A stretch of DNA of 64,000 bases from positions 11,908 to 75,907 of the forward strand of contig CAMAUZ010000012.1 in the NCBI GenBank assembly GCA_945861535.1, written 5' to 3'. Position 1 is the first letter of the stretch, and each line of letters starts with the position of its first letter. Source of the stretch: Akkermansia muciniphila (GTDB lineage: Bacteria > Verrucomicrobiota > Verrucomicrobiia > Limisphaerales > BJHT01). Under the pieces are notes generated by a model. That model was not told the DNA's origin and ran no database searches. It saw only the letters and a program-made list of their open reading frames with translations. A program made the translations under genes and the position numbers. Positions 53,301 through 61,166 of this stretch are shown here, piece after piece.

Positions 53301-55671
53301 CGGCAAGATCGTCCGCGACCTCCCGCTGCCCAAGGCCGGCAATCCCACCGGCGGCGGCGCGCTCGGCAACGCGCTCGCCGCCAACACGCGCGGCGATCTC
53401 TTCGCCCTCTCCGCCGGCAAGCTCGTGAAAGTGGACCTCGCGAACGGCCAGCATCAGGTGCTCGCCACCGACCTCGGCAAACCCACCGCGCTCGCCTGCG
53501 ACGCCGCGGGCAACTGCTTCGTCTTCGATGCCGCCAAGGACCGGAAGAACATCCGCGTCTATGATCGCTCCGGAAAATTCCTCCGCGAAATCGGCGAACC
53601 CGGCGGCTACCAGCGCGGCCCGTGGAATCCGAATCGCATGGAAAACATCACCGCCCTCGCCGTGGACGCCCGCGGGCAAGTCTGGGCCGTCGATTGGAAT
53701 TACTGGCCCAAGCGCGTGAGCCTCTGGAGCGCCGACGGAAAATTTCAGAAGGAATTTCTCGGCCCCACGGAATACGGCGGCGCGGGCCAGCTTGATCCCG
53801 GCGACAAACGCCGGCTCTTTTACGGCCCGCTCGAATTCGAGCTCGACTGGGCCACCGGCAAATCGCGCCTGAAAAACCTGCTCTCGCTCGACGGCCATGG
53901 CGCGAGCGATTCGCCCATCTACGTCGGCAAGCAGCTCTACCTCGTGAACACGCGCCCCGGCGGCCACGGCCCGTCGCAGAACTGCGGCGTCGTTTACCGC
54001 CACGACGGCGACCGCGCCAAACTCGTCGCCGCCGTCGGTATCGCCGGCCAGTTCAAGCCGCTGCTCGACCCGCGCCTCGTGAAAGCCTTCGGCGGCAAAG
54101 TGCTCATGGATTACCTCTGCGCCTGGAGCGATTTGAACGGCGACGAACAAGTGCAGCCCGAGGAAGTCCAGCTCTGGCCCAAACCCAAGCAGGCCCGCGT
54201 CGTCTTCGATTCCCAGCTCGGCGTGCAGATGGGCACGATTGGTTTTCGCGTGAAGGAAATGCGCGCCGACGGCGTGCCCGTTTATCAGCGCGCCGACCTC
54301 CCCGGCCTTTGGGACGGCGTCGCGTTGCGCCTCGACAACGGCAACTTTTATCACTTCGAGGACGAATCCGCGCAGCGCAACGCCTGCGCCGTGCAGCGCC
54401 CCGACGGCACCGTGCTCTGGACCTACCAGACCGAAGGCGCGGGCGTCCACGCGCTCACCCGCGCCAAGCCCTGGCACCCGGCGCAGATCGTCTGCCAGTT
54501 CGGATTCGCCGGCCACGCCACCGCGCACGCCGGCGACCTCGGCGAATTCCTCGTCTTCAACTCCAACGTTGGCATCTGGGACATCATCACCGCAGACGGC
54601 CTCTTCGCCGGGCAAATCTTCCGCGACATCCGCGACCCCAAGGCGCTGCCGTGGAGCGGCACCAACAACGCCCGCGGGATGCGCATGGACGACATCACAC
54701 CCGGCCAGGAACATTTTCAGGGCTACTTCACCCGCACCGCCGACAACAAATATTACGCCGTCGCCGGCCACAACCACGCCAGCGTCGTCGAAGTCGCCGG
54801 CCTCGACCGCTTCAAACGTTTCCGCGGCGAACTCACCATCGGCGCGCCCGACCTCGCCGCCACGCAGACGTGGGAACGCAATCGCGAAGCCCGCGTCATC
54901 TACGCCCGCTCGCCCGTCCTCGACGCCTACCGCATGTCGCCGCCGAAGCTCGACGGCAAACTCAGCGACTGGGGCGCTGCCACTGCCGAGCTGGACCGCG
55001 ACGCGAAATTCCGCATCGGCTACGACGACCAAAACCTCTACCTCGCCTACGAAGTCAACCGCCGCGGCCCTCTGAAAAACCAAGGCCAGCAATGGGATCG
55101 CCTCTTCAAAACCGGCGCGAGCGTGGACCTCCAGATCGCCGCCGACCCCGCCGCGCCCGCCGACCGCAAAGCCCCCGCGCCCGGCGACCAGCGCCTCCTC
55201 CTCACCTTCACCGGCAAACAACCCGCCGCCATCCTCTACCAGGCCGTCGTCCCCGGCACGCCGCCCGACAAAGCCTGGCAAGTCGTCAGCCCCGTCCACT
55301 CCGTCACCTTCGACCGCGTGACCAAACTCGAATCCGCGCAACTCGCCGTCAGCGACAACGACAACGGCTACACCCTCGAAGCCGCCATCCCCCTCGCCGC
55401 CCTCGGCCTGAAAATCACCCCCGGCCTCCGCCTCAAACTCGACTGGGGCATCCTCATCAGTGGCCCCGACGGCACCGAAGTCCTGCGTCGCGAATATTGG
55501 TCCAACAAGGCCACCCACATCACCGCCGACGCCCCCAGCGAAGCCGAGCTCCACCCCGAACTCTGGGGCCACATCCGCTTCCACGCCGAACCCGCCGCCA
55601 CCCACCTCGACCCCACCGCCAAAAAAGGCAAAGACAAAGGCGTGGATGAGGTGCTGAACGATTTGAAATAA
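50371..55671 (+). CDS. Giant secreted multidomain protein (1766 aa): discoidin-like x2, FlgD-Ig-like, NHL/beta-propeller-like, CBM9/DOMON-like C-terminus
   Basis: ATG 50371 gives the signal peptide MIRTLSLPLSVTLSLLLLVALAPARA. Segments GKVTLVVDRPDGTRVRNLIANTPQPAGKNTVAWDLKDEAGNYVSPGNYKW (FlgD-Ig-like), ALACDAAGNCFVFDA..IRVYDRSGKFL..ALAVDARGQVWAVD (NHL-like), and LDGKLSDWGAA...NLYLAYEV...GYTLEAAIPL (CBM9-like). Domain names are by-eye guesses. Confidence 0.7.
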   Translation: MIRTLSLPLSVTLSLLLLVALAPARAAVLDPAITTAALDLPACRVLHADGAEPADPAAIRELLGLDGSNAPAPARRGAASRKPTSSLQYLLVFKQPVALGTVLGSVGELRVLKPAAPLPPEPARADDWLAIEVQPSQSAPRFAPLPPGTQTRALLVSAPVPRDSRQSPFLRLLAPRLANHTPAAVANADTEHTATSQFSPPYTHDAGHVTRGHGEWVNAGKDNQGFITRPPVTELQPAWFVLSWPDARRVNGVLLQENFSAFELQIFHGPPGINAAAATEQEWKTLRQFKQTQDGPRRWLTFDPVSTRALRLLITKTGEGPIARLAGFHVITDLGDQPAPAVAKPTPTEPPLQLTYELAQAGKVTLVVDRPDGTRVRNLIANTPQPAGKNTVAWDLKDEAGNYVSPGNYKWKAITHPPLELRYEMTAYPNISSYFPERAAWLTGASGSGGWLADHTPPHSACAAGDRVFLGAPVAESGVSLIECDLEGRKHWGHHSFEGFTGSWMLATDGKTVFNMASADNFAKAGMDKKTEAIWAVDIETKKVRTVAMLQPTAERKRGLQGFAAHDNQIFLAIHATDNWLNNAAGAVDIDLLNCLPAYGIPRKPRAANEQVPDPRTDFLRLLRLKDTPPGQGGNHGLTWLESTKNPDRRQHIVIAFTKPVSIGSLVFPPPPDEEKVQFQLSVLKPTAPYPPRVNERADWQPVPLTDKSAWAVVALPAGTSTRALRMTFTKGGTDATDDLLADVEDKKGAPSLDLADVNAKKPKRNLADADGDLWMRRIEGMKMLNRRFENLFPAASVRVNSGKVAPDGSWDAQRTEPLSPAEPAIYALEWKQPQTVRGLALKEIDGAVTEVDVFTGPIGAPVDIAATAGWEQVATYHQALRHYYQPDPLHNSNARYLDGYVDFGREVSTRAVRLRVVKQWDTKAHYPSGVRQDQGGQTLDLKRCRVYGVAPLKYLGGEPPVDTLVTERLEILDAATGKIVRDLPLPKAGNPTGGGALGNALAANTRGDLFALSAGKLVKVDLANGQHQVLATDLGKPTALACDAAGNCFVFDAAKDRKNIRVYDRSGKFLREIGEPGGYQRGPWNPNRMENITALAVDARGQVWAVDWNYWPKRVSLWSADGKFQKEFLGPTEYGGAGQLDPGDKRRLFYGPLEFELDWATGKSRLKNLLSLDGHGASDSPIYVGKQLYLVNTRPGGHGPSQNCGVVYRHDGDRAKLVAAVGIAGQFKPLLDPRLVKAFGGKVLMDYLCAWSDLNGDEQVQPEEVQLWPKPKQARVVFDSQLGVQMGTIGFRVKEMRADGVPVYQRADLPGLWDGVALRLDNGNFYHFEDESAQRNACAVQRPDGTVLWTYQTEGAGVHALTRAKPWHPAQIVCQFGFAGHATAHAGDLGEFLVFNSNVGIWDIITADGLFAGQIFRDIRDPKALPWSGTNNARGMRMDDITPGQEHFQGYFTRTADNKYYAVAGHNHASVVEVAGLDRFKRFRGELTIGAPDLAATQTWERNREARVIYARSPVLDAYRMSPPKLDGKLSDWGAATAELDRDAKFRIGYDDQNLYLAYEVNRRGPLKNQGQQWDRLFKTGASVDLQIAADPAAPADRKAPAPGDQRLLLTFTGKQPAAILYQAVVPGTPPDKAWQVVSPVHSVTFDRVTKLESAQLAVSDNDNGYTLEAAIPLAALGLKITPGLRLKLDWGILISGPDGTEVLRREYWSNKATHITADAPSEAELHPELWGHIRFHAEPAATHLDPTAKKGKDKGVDEVLNDLK

Positions 55672-55791
55672 TGTTTGACCGAACTCCGACGGTTTGAGAT
55701 TCGCCGTCGATACGCCTGACCTAAGGAGTGGTCATTGAGCCGAACTTCCGCGGCAACTGAACTCAACGCGTCTGGTCCACGCTGATTCGTA

Positions 55792-55962
55792 ATGGCCAAC
55801 GCACCAAGGAGCAGCCATTCTTCCGGGATGAAAAACACTGTAGATGTCCACCTCTGCGTTGCGAAAATGGGCGTGGGAGGTGAGATCACCTTCAACCGCA
55901 TCATGGAATCGGAGTTAATCAAAGCGGGAGAAAGAGGTGCGCTGATCGACCGGAACGCGTGA
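55792..55962 (+). CDS. Possible 56-aa ORF at the left end of the low-GC islet
   Basis: MANAPRSSHSSGMKNTVDVHLCVAKMGVGGEITFNRIMESELIKAGERGALIDRNA. Its TGA overlaps a GTG (55959) in frame with the ATPase gene (GTGA). No recognisable motif. Confidence 0.15.
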   Translation: MANAPRSSHSSGMKNTVDVHLCVAKMGVGGEITFNRIMESELIKAGERGALIDRNA

Positions 55963-55988
55963 GTCGGCCAACGACAGGAACCACTTAT

Positions 55989-57293
55989 ATGAATCCGAAA
56001 CTTGAAGAAGTGTTTGGCGTCCGGGCGGAGCCTGTGTTGAGCTACATTGAACGTCCTACAGTGGACGACCGATTTGTTGCCGGGCTAAGAAGCGACAAGC
56101 AGGTTGTTGTCTATGGGGCATCAAAGCAGGGAAAGACTTCTCTCGTAGCTAAGCACCTGCCATACGACAAGAATGTGGTGGTCCGGGTTGCACCCAAAAC
56201 CGAGGTTATCGACATCTACGCAAGCGTTCTCAGACAGCTTGGCGTGAAGATCATCTCCGAAACCGGCGAATCAACGCAGCATGAATCAAGTCTTTCGATC
56301 GGAGCGAAGGTAAAGGCCCTGATCCCTTTGTTCGGTGGCGGGGAAGCTAGCACAAACGGACAGGTTAAGGCGGGCGTGGGAGATACTACCAAATACGAAG
56401 AAGTCCGTTTCAACCTGAACTTGCCACAAGATGTTTCCGAACTTCTCCAAAAGACAGCCGCTGGAAAAGCAATCATCCTTGAGAATTTCCACTACCTTGA
56501 TGACGAACGGCAGAAACAGTTTGCTTTTGACTTGAGGACTTTCCAAGAGCTTGGGGTGCGATTCGTCATCCTCGGCGTATGGCGCGAAAAGAACCGTCTC
56601 GCGCAGTTTAACGGAGATCTCCTCGACAGAATTGCTGAAGTGCCGGTTGAACCATGGGAAAAGCAAGATTTTCATAAAGTGGCAGGCGAAGGTGGGCGTC
56701 ACCTGAAAGTTGAATTCGCCGATTACATCCTCAATTCTGCCATCGAGGCTTCGTTCAGCAGTATTGGGGTATTCCAAGAGCTATTGAAAGAAACGTGTCT
56801 GGCCGCCGGCATTACCGAGGCACGGCCAACTGTAGTACGAATTGAGAATCAACATCATCTTGATGCTGCAGTGAAGAAAAAGGCCGACGACTATGCTTCT
56901 CGACATCAGCGCGCCCTCGAAGCCATAGCAGCGGGAAATCTTAGTACGAGTGGCAAAGATGGGCTTCAACCGCTATTCCTACCTCACTATCTTGTTAAGG
57001 TGCTTTTGTCCGGGGGTTGCGATGCTGTCGCTAACGGTATGAGGCGGGCGACCATCCAAGAACGCATTCAGGCGTTACACCATCGTTCATCTGACGTTCG
57101 AGCCTCGGACATGAGCAATCTCCTTTACAACTTAGCAACGCTGCAGAGCAACAAGGGGATTTCTCCGCCTATTTTCGATTACGACAAGACGACCAAGCAA
57201 CTTCAAGTAGTCGACTCGACGTTTTACTTTTTCCTCAAGAACGCTGACTTGTCTCAAATCTCGGCGGAAATTCCCAACCCAATTGAGGGCTAA
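55989..57293 (+). CDS. P-loop NTPase (Arch_ATPase/ORC-like AAA clade) with an alpha-helical C-terminal domain
   Basis: Walker A VVVYGASKQGKTSL (nt 56115-56138), Walker B AIILENFHYLDD, VILGVW. ATG 55989 (MNPKLEEVFGV...), with an alternative GTG at 55959. Low GC. Confidence 0.75.
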   Translation: MNPKLEEVFGVRAEPVLSYIERPTVDDRFVAGLRSDKQVVVYGASKQGKTSLVAKHLPYDKNVVVRVAPKTEVIDIYASVLRQLGVKIISETGESTQHESSLSIGAKVKALIPLFGGGEASTNGQVKAGVGDTTKYEEVRFNLNLPQDVSELLQKTAAGKAIILENFHYLDDERQKQFAFDLRTFQELGVRFVILGVWREKNRLAQFNGDLLDRIAEVPVEPWEKQDFHKVAGEGGRHLKVEFADYILNSAIEASFSSIGVFQELLKETCLAAGITEARPTVVRIENQHHLDAAVKKKADDYASRHQRALEAIAAGNLSTSGKDGLQPLFLPHYLVKVLLSGGCDAVANGMRRATIQERIQALHHRSSDVRASDMSNLLYNLATLQSNKGISPPIFDYDKTTKQLQVVDSTFYFFLKNADLSQISAEIPNPIEG

Positions 57294-57442
57294 CGTTGTG
57301 ATGAGAACCTTCCATTGTCAAAGGCTGTACTGCTTGCCCAAGGCGCAGAGCAATTCCGACTTATGGTTCCGGTGCGGGCAATTCAGATCAGAGTTTATCG
57401 AGCGCGGTTGAGCTAGGATCTTAGATTGAAGATAAGGACGAT

Positions 57443-58096
57443 ATGTCGAAACCACTCACCGTCGAAGACCTTCAAAAGGAGGCTTCCAGCTTTGCAAAGG
57501 CGCAATCGAATCACGCGGAACCACGCCTGTTTGGAGTCACGGACGGCAAAGCCGTCGGCACTTACCTAGAACACAAGTTCCAAACGCATCTTCAAAGTTG
57601 CTACACCTACGGCCGGGGCAACTCCGCCAAAGGAATTGATTTCCCCGAGTTGGGTGTGGACATGAAGGTCACCAGCATCCGGCAGCCGCAGTCGTCGTGC
57701 CCCTTCAAGAGCGCCCGCCAGAAGATTTACGGACTCGGCTATTCGCTGCTTGTGTTTGTTTACGACAAGCGGGACGACGAGAAAGCGCGCACCGGTCGGC
57801 TGGAAATCCTACACACCATCTTCGTCGAGAAGGAGCGAACGGCGGACTATCAAACGACCTCGGGTCTGCTCCGATTGATCGAGAACAAGGCCAACCGAGA
57901 CGACATTCTGGCCTTTTTCCAGGAACGGATGCTGCCGGTGGACGAGGTGGAAGCCGAAACTCTCGCCGATGAAGTTCTCCGCAGCCCGCCGGAAGTTGGC
58001 TACCTGACCGTCTCCAACGCGCTCCAGTGGCGACTGCAGTATGGTCGTGTCATCGAACAGGCGGGGAAAGTTGGCGGCATCATCCGACTCGTATGA
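57443..58096 (+). CDS. PD-(D/E)XK-type restriction endonuclease-like protein
   Basis: 217 aa; GIDFPELGVDMKVTS supplies D...D-x-K. The stop overlaps the methyltransferase ATG (ATGA at 58093-58096). Confidence 0.6.
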   Translation: MSKPLTVEDLQKEASSFAKAQSNHAEPRLFGVTDGKAVGTYLEHKFQTHLQSCYTYGRGNSAKGIDFPELGVDMKVTSIRQPQSSCPFKSARQKIYGLGYSLLVFVYDKRDDEKARTGRLEILHTIFVEKERTADYQTTSGLLRLIENKANRDDILAFFQERMLPVDEVEAETLADEVLRSPPEVGYLTVSNALQWRLQYGRVIEQAGKVGGIIRLV

Positions 58097-59628
58097 GGAC
58101 GCGCGCCAAAATTGAGTTCGGGGATTTCCAGACGCCTTTGGAGTTGGCACGCGAGGTTTGCGCTTTGCTGGTTCGCCAGACGGGCGAGGTGGATTCAGTG
58201 GTTGAGCCCACCTGCGGGGTGGGTGCATTTATCGTCGCTGCTGCCGAGGCGTTTCCGAAAGCCCGGCTGCAAGGCTGGGACATTAATTGTGACTATGTTG
58301 AACAGACGGTGAATGCCCTGGCCGAAGCGGGAGCAGGCTCGCGGGCGACCATCGGCCAGCAAGACTTCTTTTCCCATAATTGGGAGAAGGAACTGTCTGG
58401 AATTCCGGGACGCCTGCTCATCCTCGGCAATCTGCCGTGGGTGACCAACGCCACCGTCTCGGGGATGAACGGCGGAAACCTCCCGGCGAAGGAGAATTTC
58501 CAAGGGTTCAGAGGCATTGAGGCCCTGACTGGAAAATCCAACTTCGACATTTCCGAATGGATGCTCATCCAGCTTGTGAAAGCTCTCCGTGGCCGGACCG
58601 CCACCATCGCCATGCTTTGCAAAACGGGCACGGCGCGGAAGCTGTTGCGTTTTGGCTGGCAGAACGATGGTCGCATTGCCGCAGCGTCGCTGCATCGCAT
58701 CGATGCGAAAAGGCATTTCGGTGCAGCGGTTGACGCCTGTTTGTTGGTGGCCTCAACCGGAGAGTCCGGTCCCGTCGAAGCGAAGGTTTTCCAGGACCTT
58801 ACCGCCAGACGAGCATCCACGACACTTGGTCTGGCCGGGCAGGACCTGGTTTACGACATCCGCACGTATCGCCGGCTCAAGCATCTCGAAGGACTCTGCC
58901 CCTATCAGTGGCGTTCCGGCGTGAAACACGACTGCGCCGCGATCATGGAGCTACGCCGAATCGACGGCAAAGGACTCCAGAACAAGCTGGGCGAACTCGT
59001 CAGCATCGAGCCGGACTACTTGTTTCCGCTCTTGAAATGCTCCGACCTCGCCAACGGACGCCTTGAACCGGAGCGATTCATGGTGGTACCGCAGCGCCGA
59101 GTCGGAGACGACACGGCCGTTATCGCAAGAAAAGCTCCCCGCACCTGGCGCTATCTGGATTCTCACCGTTCCCTCTTTGAAGCGCGAAAGAGTTCCATTT
59201 ACAACAGTCGAATGCCCTTCGCTCTCTTTGGCATTGGTGACTACACGTTTGCTCCGTGGAAAGTAGCCGTGTCCGGCCTGCACCGTACCGCGCGCTTCTG
59301 CCTGATTGGGCCGGTCAACGGACAGCCCGTCTTGTTCGATGACACCTGCTACTTGCTTTCGTTTGAAGACGAGGCGGAGGCCCGGATAGTGACTGCGATT
59401 CTCAATTCGCCGCCATGTCAGGAATTCGTATCGTCGCTCGTCTTTACCGACTCAAAACGCCCGATCACCGTCGAACTACTCCAGCGGCTAAACCTTCATG
59501 CCATTGCTGTAGCAGCCGGAATGGCCGCTGAGTGGTCCGATGCTAGGGGTCAACGGGTTCGCTACCACGAATCGGATGCAGCGCTCCAGGCCGAGTTCGT
59601 GATGGAACGACCATTGAAACCAGTTTGA
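58093..59628 (+). CDS. Gamma-class N6-adenine DNA methyltransferase (Eco57I/TaqI-like, with TaqI_C-like specificity domain)
   Basis: FGDFQTPLELAREV, motif I VVEPTCGVGAFIV (58201-58230), motif IV LILGNLPW (N-L-P-W variant). C-terminal ...LLSFEDEAEARIVTAILNSPPCQEFV. Confidence 0.8.
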   Translation: MRTRAKIEFGDFQTPLELAREVCALLVRQTGEVDSVVEPTCGVGAFIVAAAEAFPKARLQGWDINCDYVEQTVNALAEAGAGSRATIGQQDFFSHNWEKELSGIPGRLLILGNLPWVTNATVSGMNGGNLPAKENFQGFRGIEALTGKSNFDISEWMLIQLVKALRGRTATIAMLCKTGTARKLLRFGWQNDGRIAAASLHRIDAKRHFGAAVDACLLVASTGESGPVEAKVFQDLTARRASTTLGLAGQDLVYDIRTYRRLKHLEGLCPYQWRSGVKHDCAAIMELRRIDGKGLQNKLGELVSIEPDYLFPLLKCSDLANGRLEPERFMVVPQRRVGDDTAVIARKAPRTWRYLDSHRSLFEARKSSIYNSRMPFALFGIGDYTFAPWKVAVSGLHRTARFCLIGPVNGQPVLFDDTCYLLSFEDEAEARIVTAILNSPPCQEFVSSLVFTDSKRPITVELLQRLNLHAIAVAAGMAAEWSDARGQRVRYHESDAALQAEFVMERPLKPV

Positions 59629-59861
59629 ACTCCGCCTTGGGAAAGACCGGCAAGTTGCTGCGCCGGACGAAGGGCGAAGCGGTGTTGGCGTTCCCGTTGC
59701 GCCCGGCGTTGGAGCGGTTGAGTTCCGCGCCGATACTCAAAGCCATCATCACCGCCCTGGCTAAATTGAACTGCGACCGTTGGGCCATGAGTCGGTTCTC
59801 GGGACAGGTGGGGCTCGCTTCCCAGGCGCAGGCCGAGCAGAGTGCGGAGGCGAAGCGATGA
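59625..59861 (+). CDS. Possible 78-aa ORF between the two methyltransferase genes
   Basis: TTG 59625 overlaps the gamma-MTase TGA, and its own TGA overlaps the next ATG (ATGA 59858-59861). No recognisable domain. Confidence 0.2.
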   Translation: MNSALGKTGKLLRRTKGEAVLAFPLRPALERLSSAPILKAIITALAKLNCDRWAMSRFSGQVGLASQAQAEQSAEAKR

Positions 59862-59968
59862 GCACGAACCTGGAACAAACGTTGAGTTACCAAATTACGG
59901 ATGTGGAGAACTTGCTCGGTATCCTGCGGGATCTGGCGGCAGAAAGGAGGGCGCAGCATGTCAAGTGA
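59858..59968 (+). CDS. Possible 36-aa leader ORF overlapping the beta-methyltransferase start
   Basis: MSTNLEQTLSYQITDVENLLGILRDLAAERRAQHVK. GGAGG lies 9 nt upstream. The ORF ends 11 nt inside the next gene. Confidence 0.2.
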   Translation: MSTNLEQTLSYQITDVENLLGILRDLAAERRAQHVK

Positions 59969-61166
59969 AGTCCGTCATGGTGATTGTCTGGAGGTCGTGC
60001 GCGGTCTGGCCGCCGAGACGGTGGACTTGGTCTATGTTGACCCGCCTTTCTTCACGCAGAAGACACATTCGCTCGGCACCCGTGATCGGGCCACGACGTT
60101 TCAATTCAGCGACGAGTGGAAGTCCCGTGCCGAATACCTCGAGTTCCTACGTGTACGCTTGAAAGAATTCCAGCGTGTCCTGAAGAGCACCGGCTCACTC
60201 TTCTTCCAGTGTGACACGAATGCTTCACACCACATCCGCTGCCTGCTGGATGAGGTGTTTGGCGAAGCGATGTTCCGATCGGAGATCATCTGGCACTACC
60301 GTCGCTGGTCGAATTCTCAGCGCAATCCATTGCCGTCACACCAGACCATCTTCTTTTACAGCAAAACCGACTCCTACCAATACCATCAGCTCTTCGATGA
60401 CTACTCTCCCGCAACGAACGTGGACCAGATTCTCCAACGTCGGCAGCGCGACCACCACGGCAAATCCGTTTATGCCCGCGACGGGAGCGGCGATGTCGTC
60501 CACGATGGCTACAAAAGGGGCGTCCCGATTGCCGACGTTTGGGATATTCCGCTCCTAAATCCGAAGGCGAAGGAGCGCGTTGGCTACCCGACACAAAAGC
60601 CAATTCTGTTGCTGGAGCGCATCATCGGGTTGGTTACATCACCCGGCGACCTGATCCTTGATCCCTTCTCTGGTAGCGGCACGACCCTAGTTGCTGCTGA
60701 GTTGTTAGGTCGTGACTCGCTGGGCATCGACATTTCCGTCGAAGCGGTAGAGTTGGCACGCCAACGATTGGCGCAACCGGTAAGAACGTCTTCGGAACTA
60801 ATGCGAAAAGGCCGGGATTCCTACCTTCAGTCCGACGATGAATCGCTGGCCATTCTCTGCGGCCTGCCGGTGGTTCCCGTTCAACGCAATCGCGGCATCG
60901 ACGCCATTCTCAACACCCAGCCGGGCGAGAACCCGATTCTCATTCGAGTACAGCGTCGCGGAGAAAGTCTTTCCGACGCGGCGGAGTTGCTCCACCACGC
61001 CGGTCGCAGCAAGCAACCGGCGACACTGGTATTGATCGTAACCGATTCCCAACAACCGGCTGGCTTGTTCAATCTGCTCCCTCCAGATGTGTTGGTGGTT
61101 AATTCGACCTCGACCGAGTTGCTGGAGCGGCTGGCCGATCGGGGAATCGGAATAGTCCGCCGCTGA
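59958..61166 (+). CDS. Beta-class N4C/N6A DNA methyltransferase fused to a C-terminal Mrr-like PD-(D/E)XK domain
   Basis: AAGGAGG lies 7 nt upstream of ATG 59958. Motif IV VYVDPPF (60039-60050) precedes motif I DPFSGSGTT (about 60658-60684; FSGSGTT = 60664-60684). The C-terminal about 120 aa are RGIDAIL...PILIRVQRRGESLSDAAELLHHAGRS..LVLIVTDS...VLVVNSTSTELLERL. Confidence 0.8.
   Translation: MSSEVRHGDCLEVVRGLAAETVDLVYVDPPFFTQKTHSLGTRDRATTFQFSDEWKSRAEYLEFLRVRLKEFQRVLKSTGSLFFQCDTNASHHIRCLLDEVFGEAMFRSEIIWHYRRWSNSQRNPLPSHQTIFFYSKTDSYQYHQLFDDYSPATNVDQILQRRQRDHHGKSVYARDGSGDVVHDGYKRGVPIADVWDIPLLNPKAKERVGYPTQKPILLLERIIGLVTSPGDLILDPFSGSGTTLVAAELLGRDSLGIDISVEAVELARQRLAQPVRTSSELMRKGRDSYLQSDDESLAILCGLPVVPVQRNRGIDAILNTQPGENPILIRVQRRGESLSDAAELLHHAGRSKQPATLVLIVTDSQQPAGLFNLLPPDVLVVNSTSTELLERLADRGIGIVRR

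Noticed and set aside
50965-55605. 1546-aa minus-strand ORF
   Set aside because: It is perfectly antisense to the 1766-aa secreted-protein gene and has a Gly/Ala/Val/Glu/Asp-dominated antisense composition with no motifs.
56286-56777. 163-aa minus ORF inside the islet
   Set aside because: It is antisense to the ATPase gene, which has clear Walker motifs. It shows no motifs of its own.
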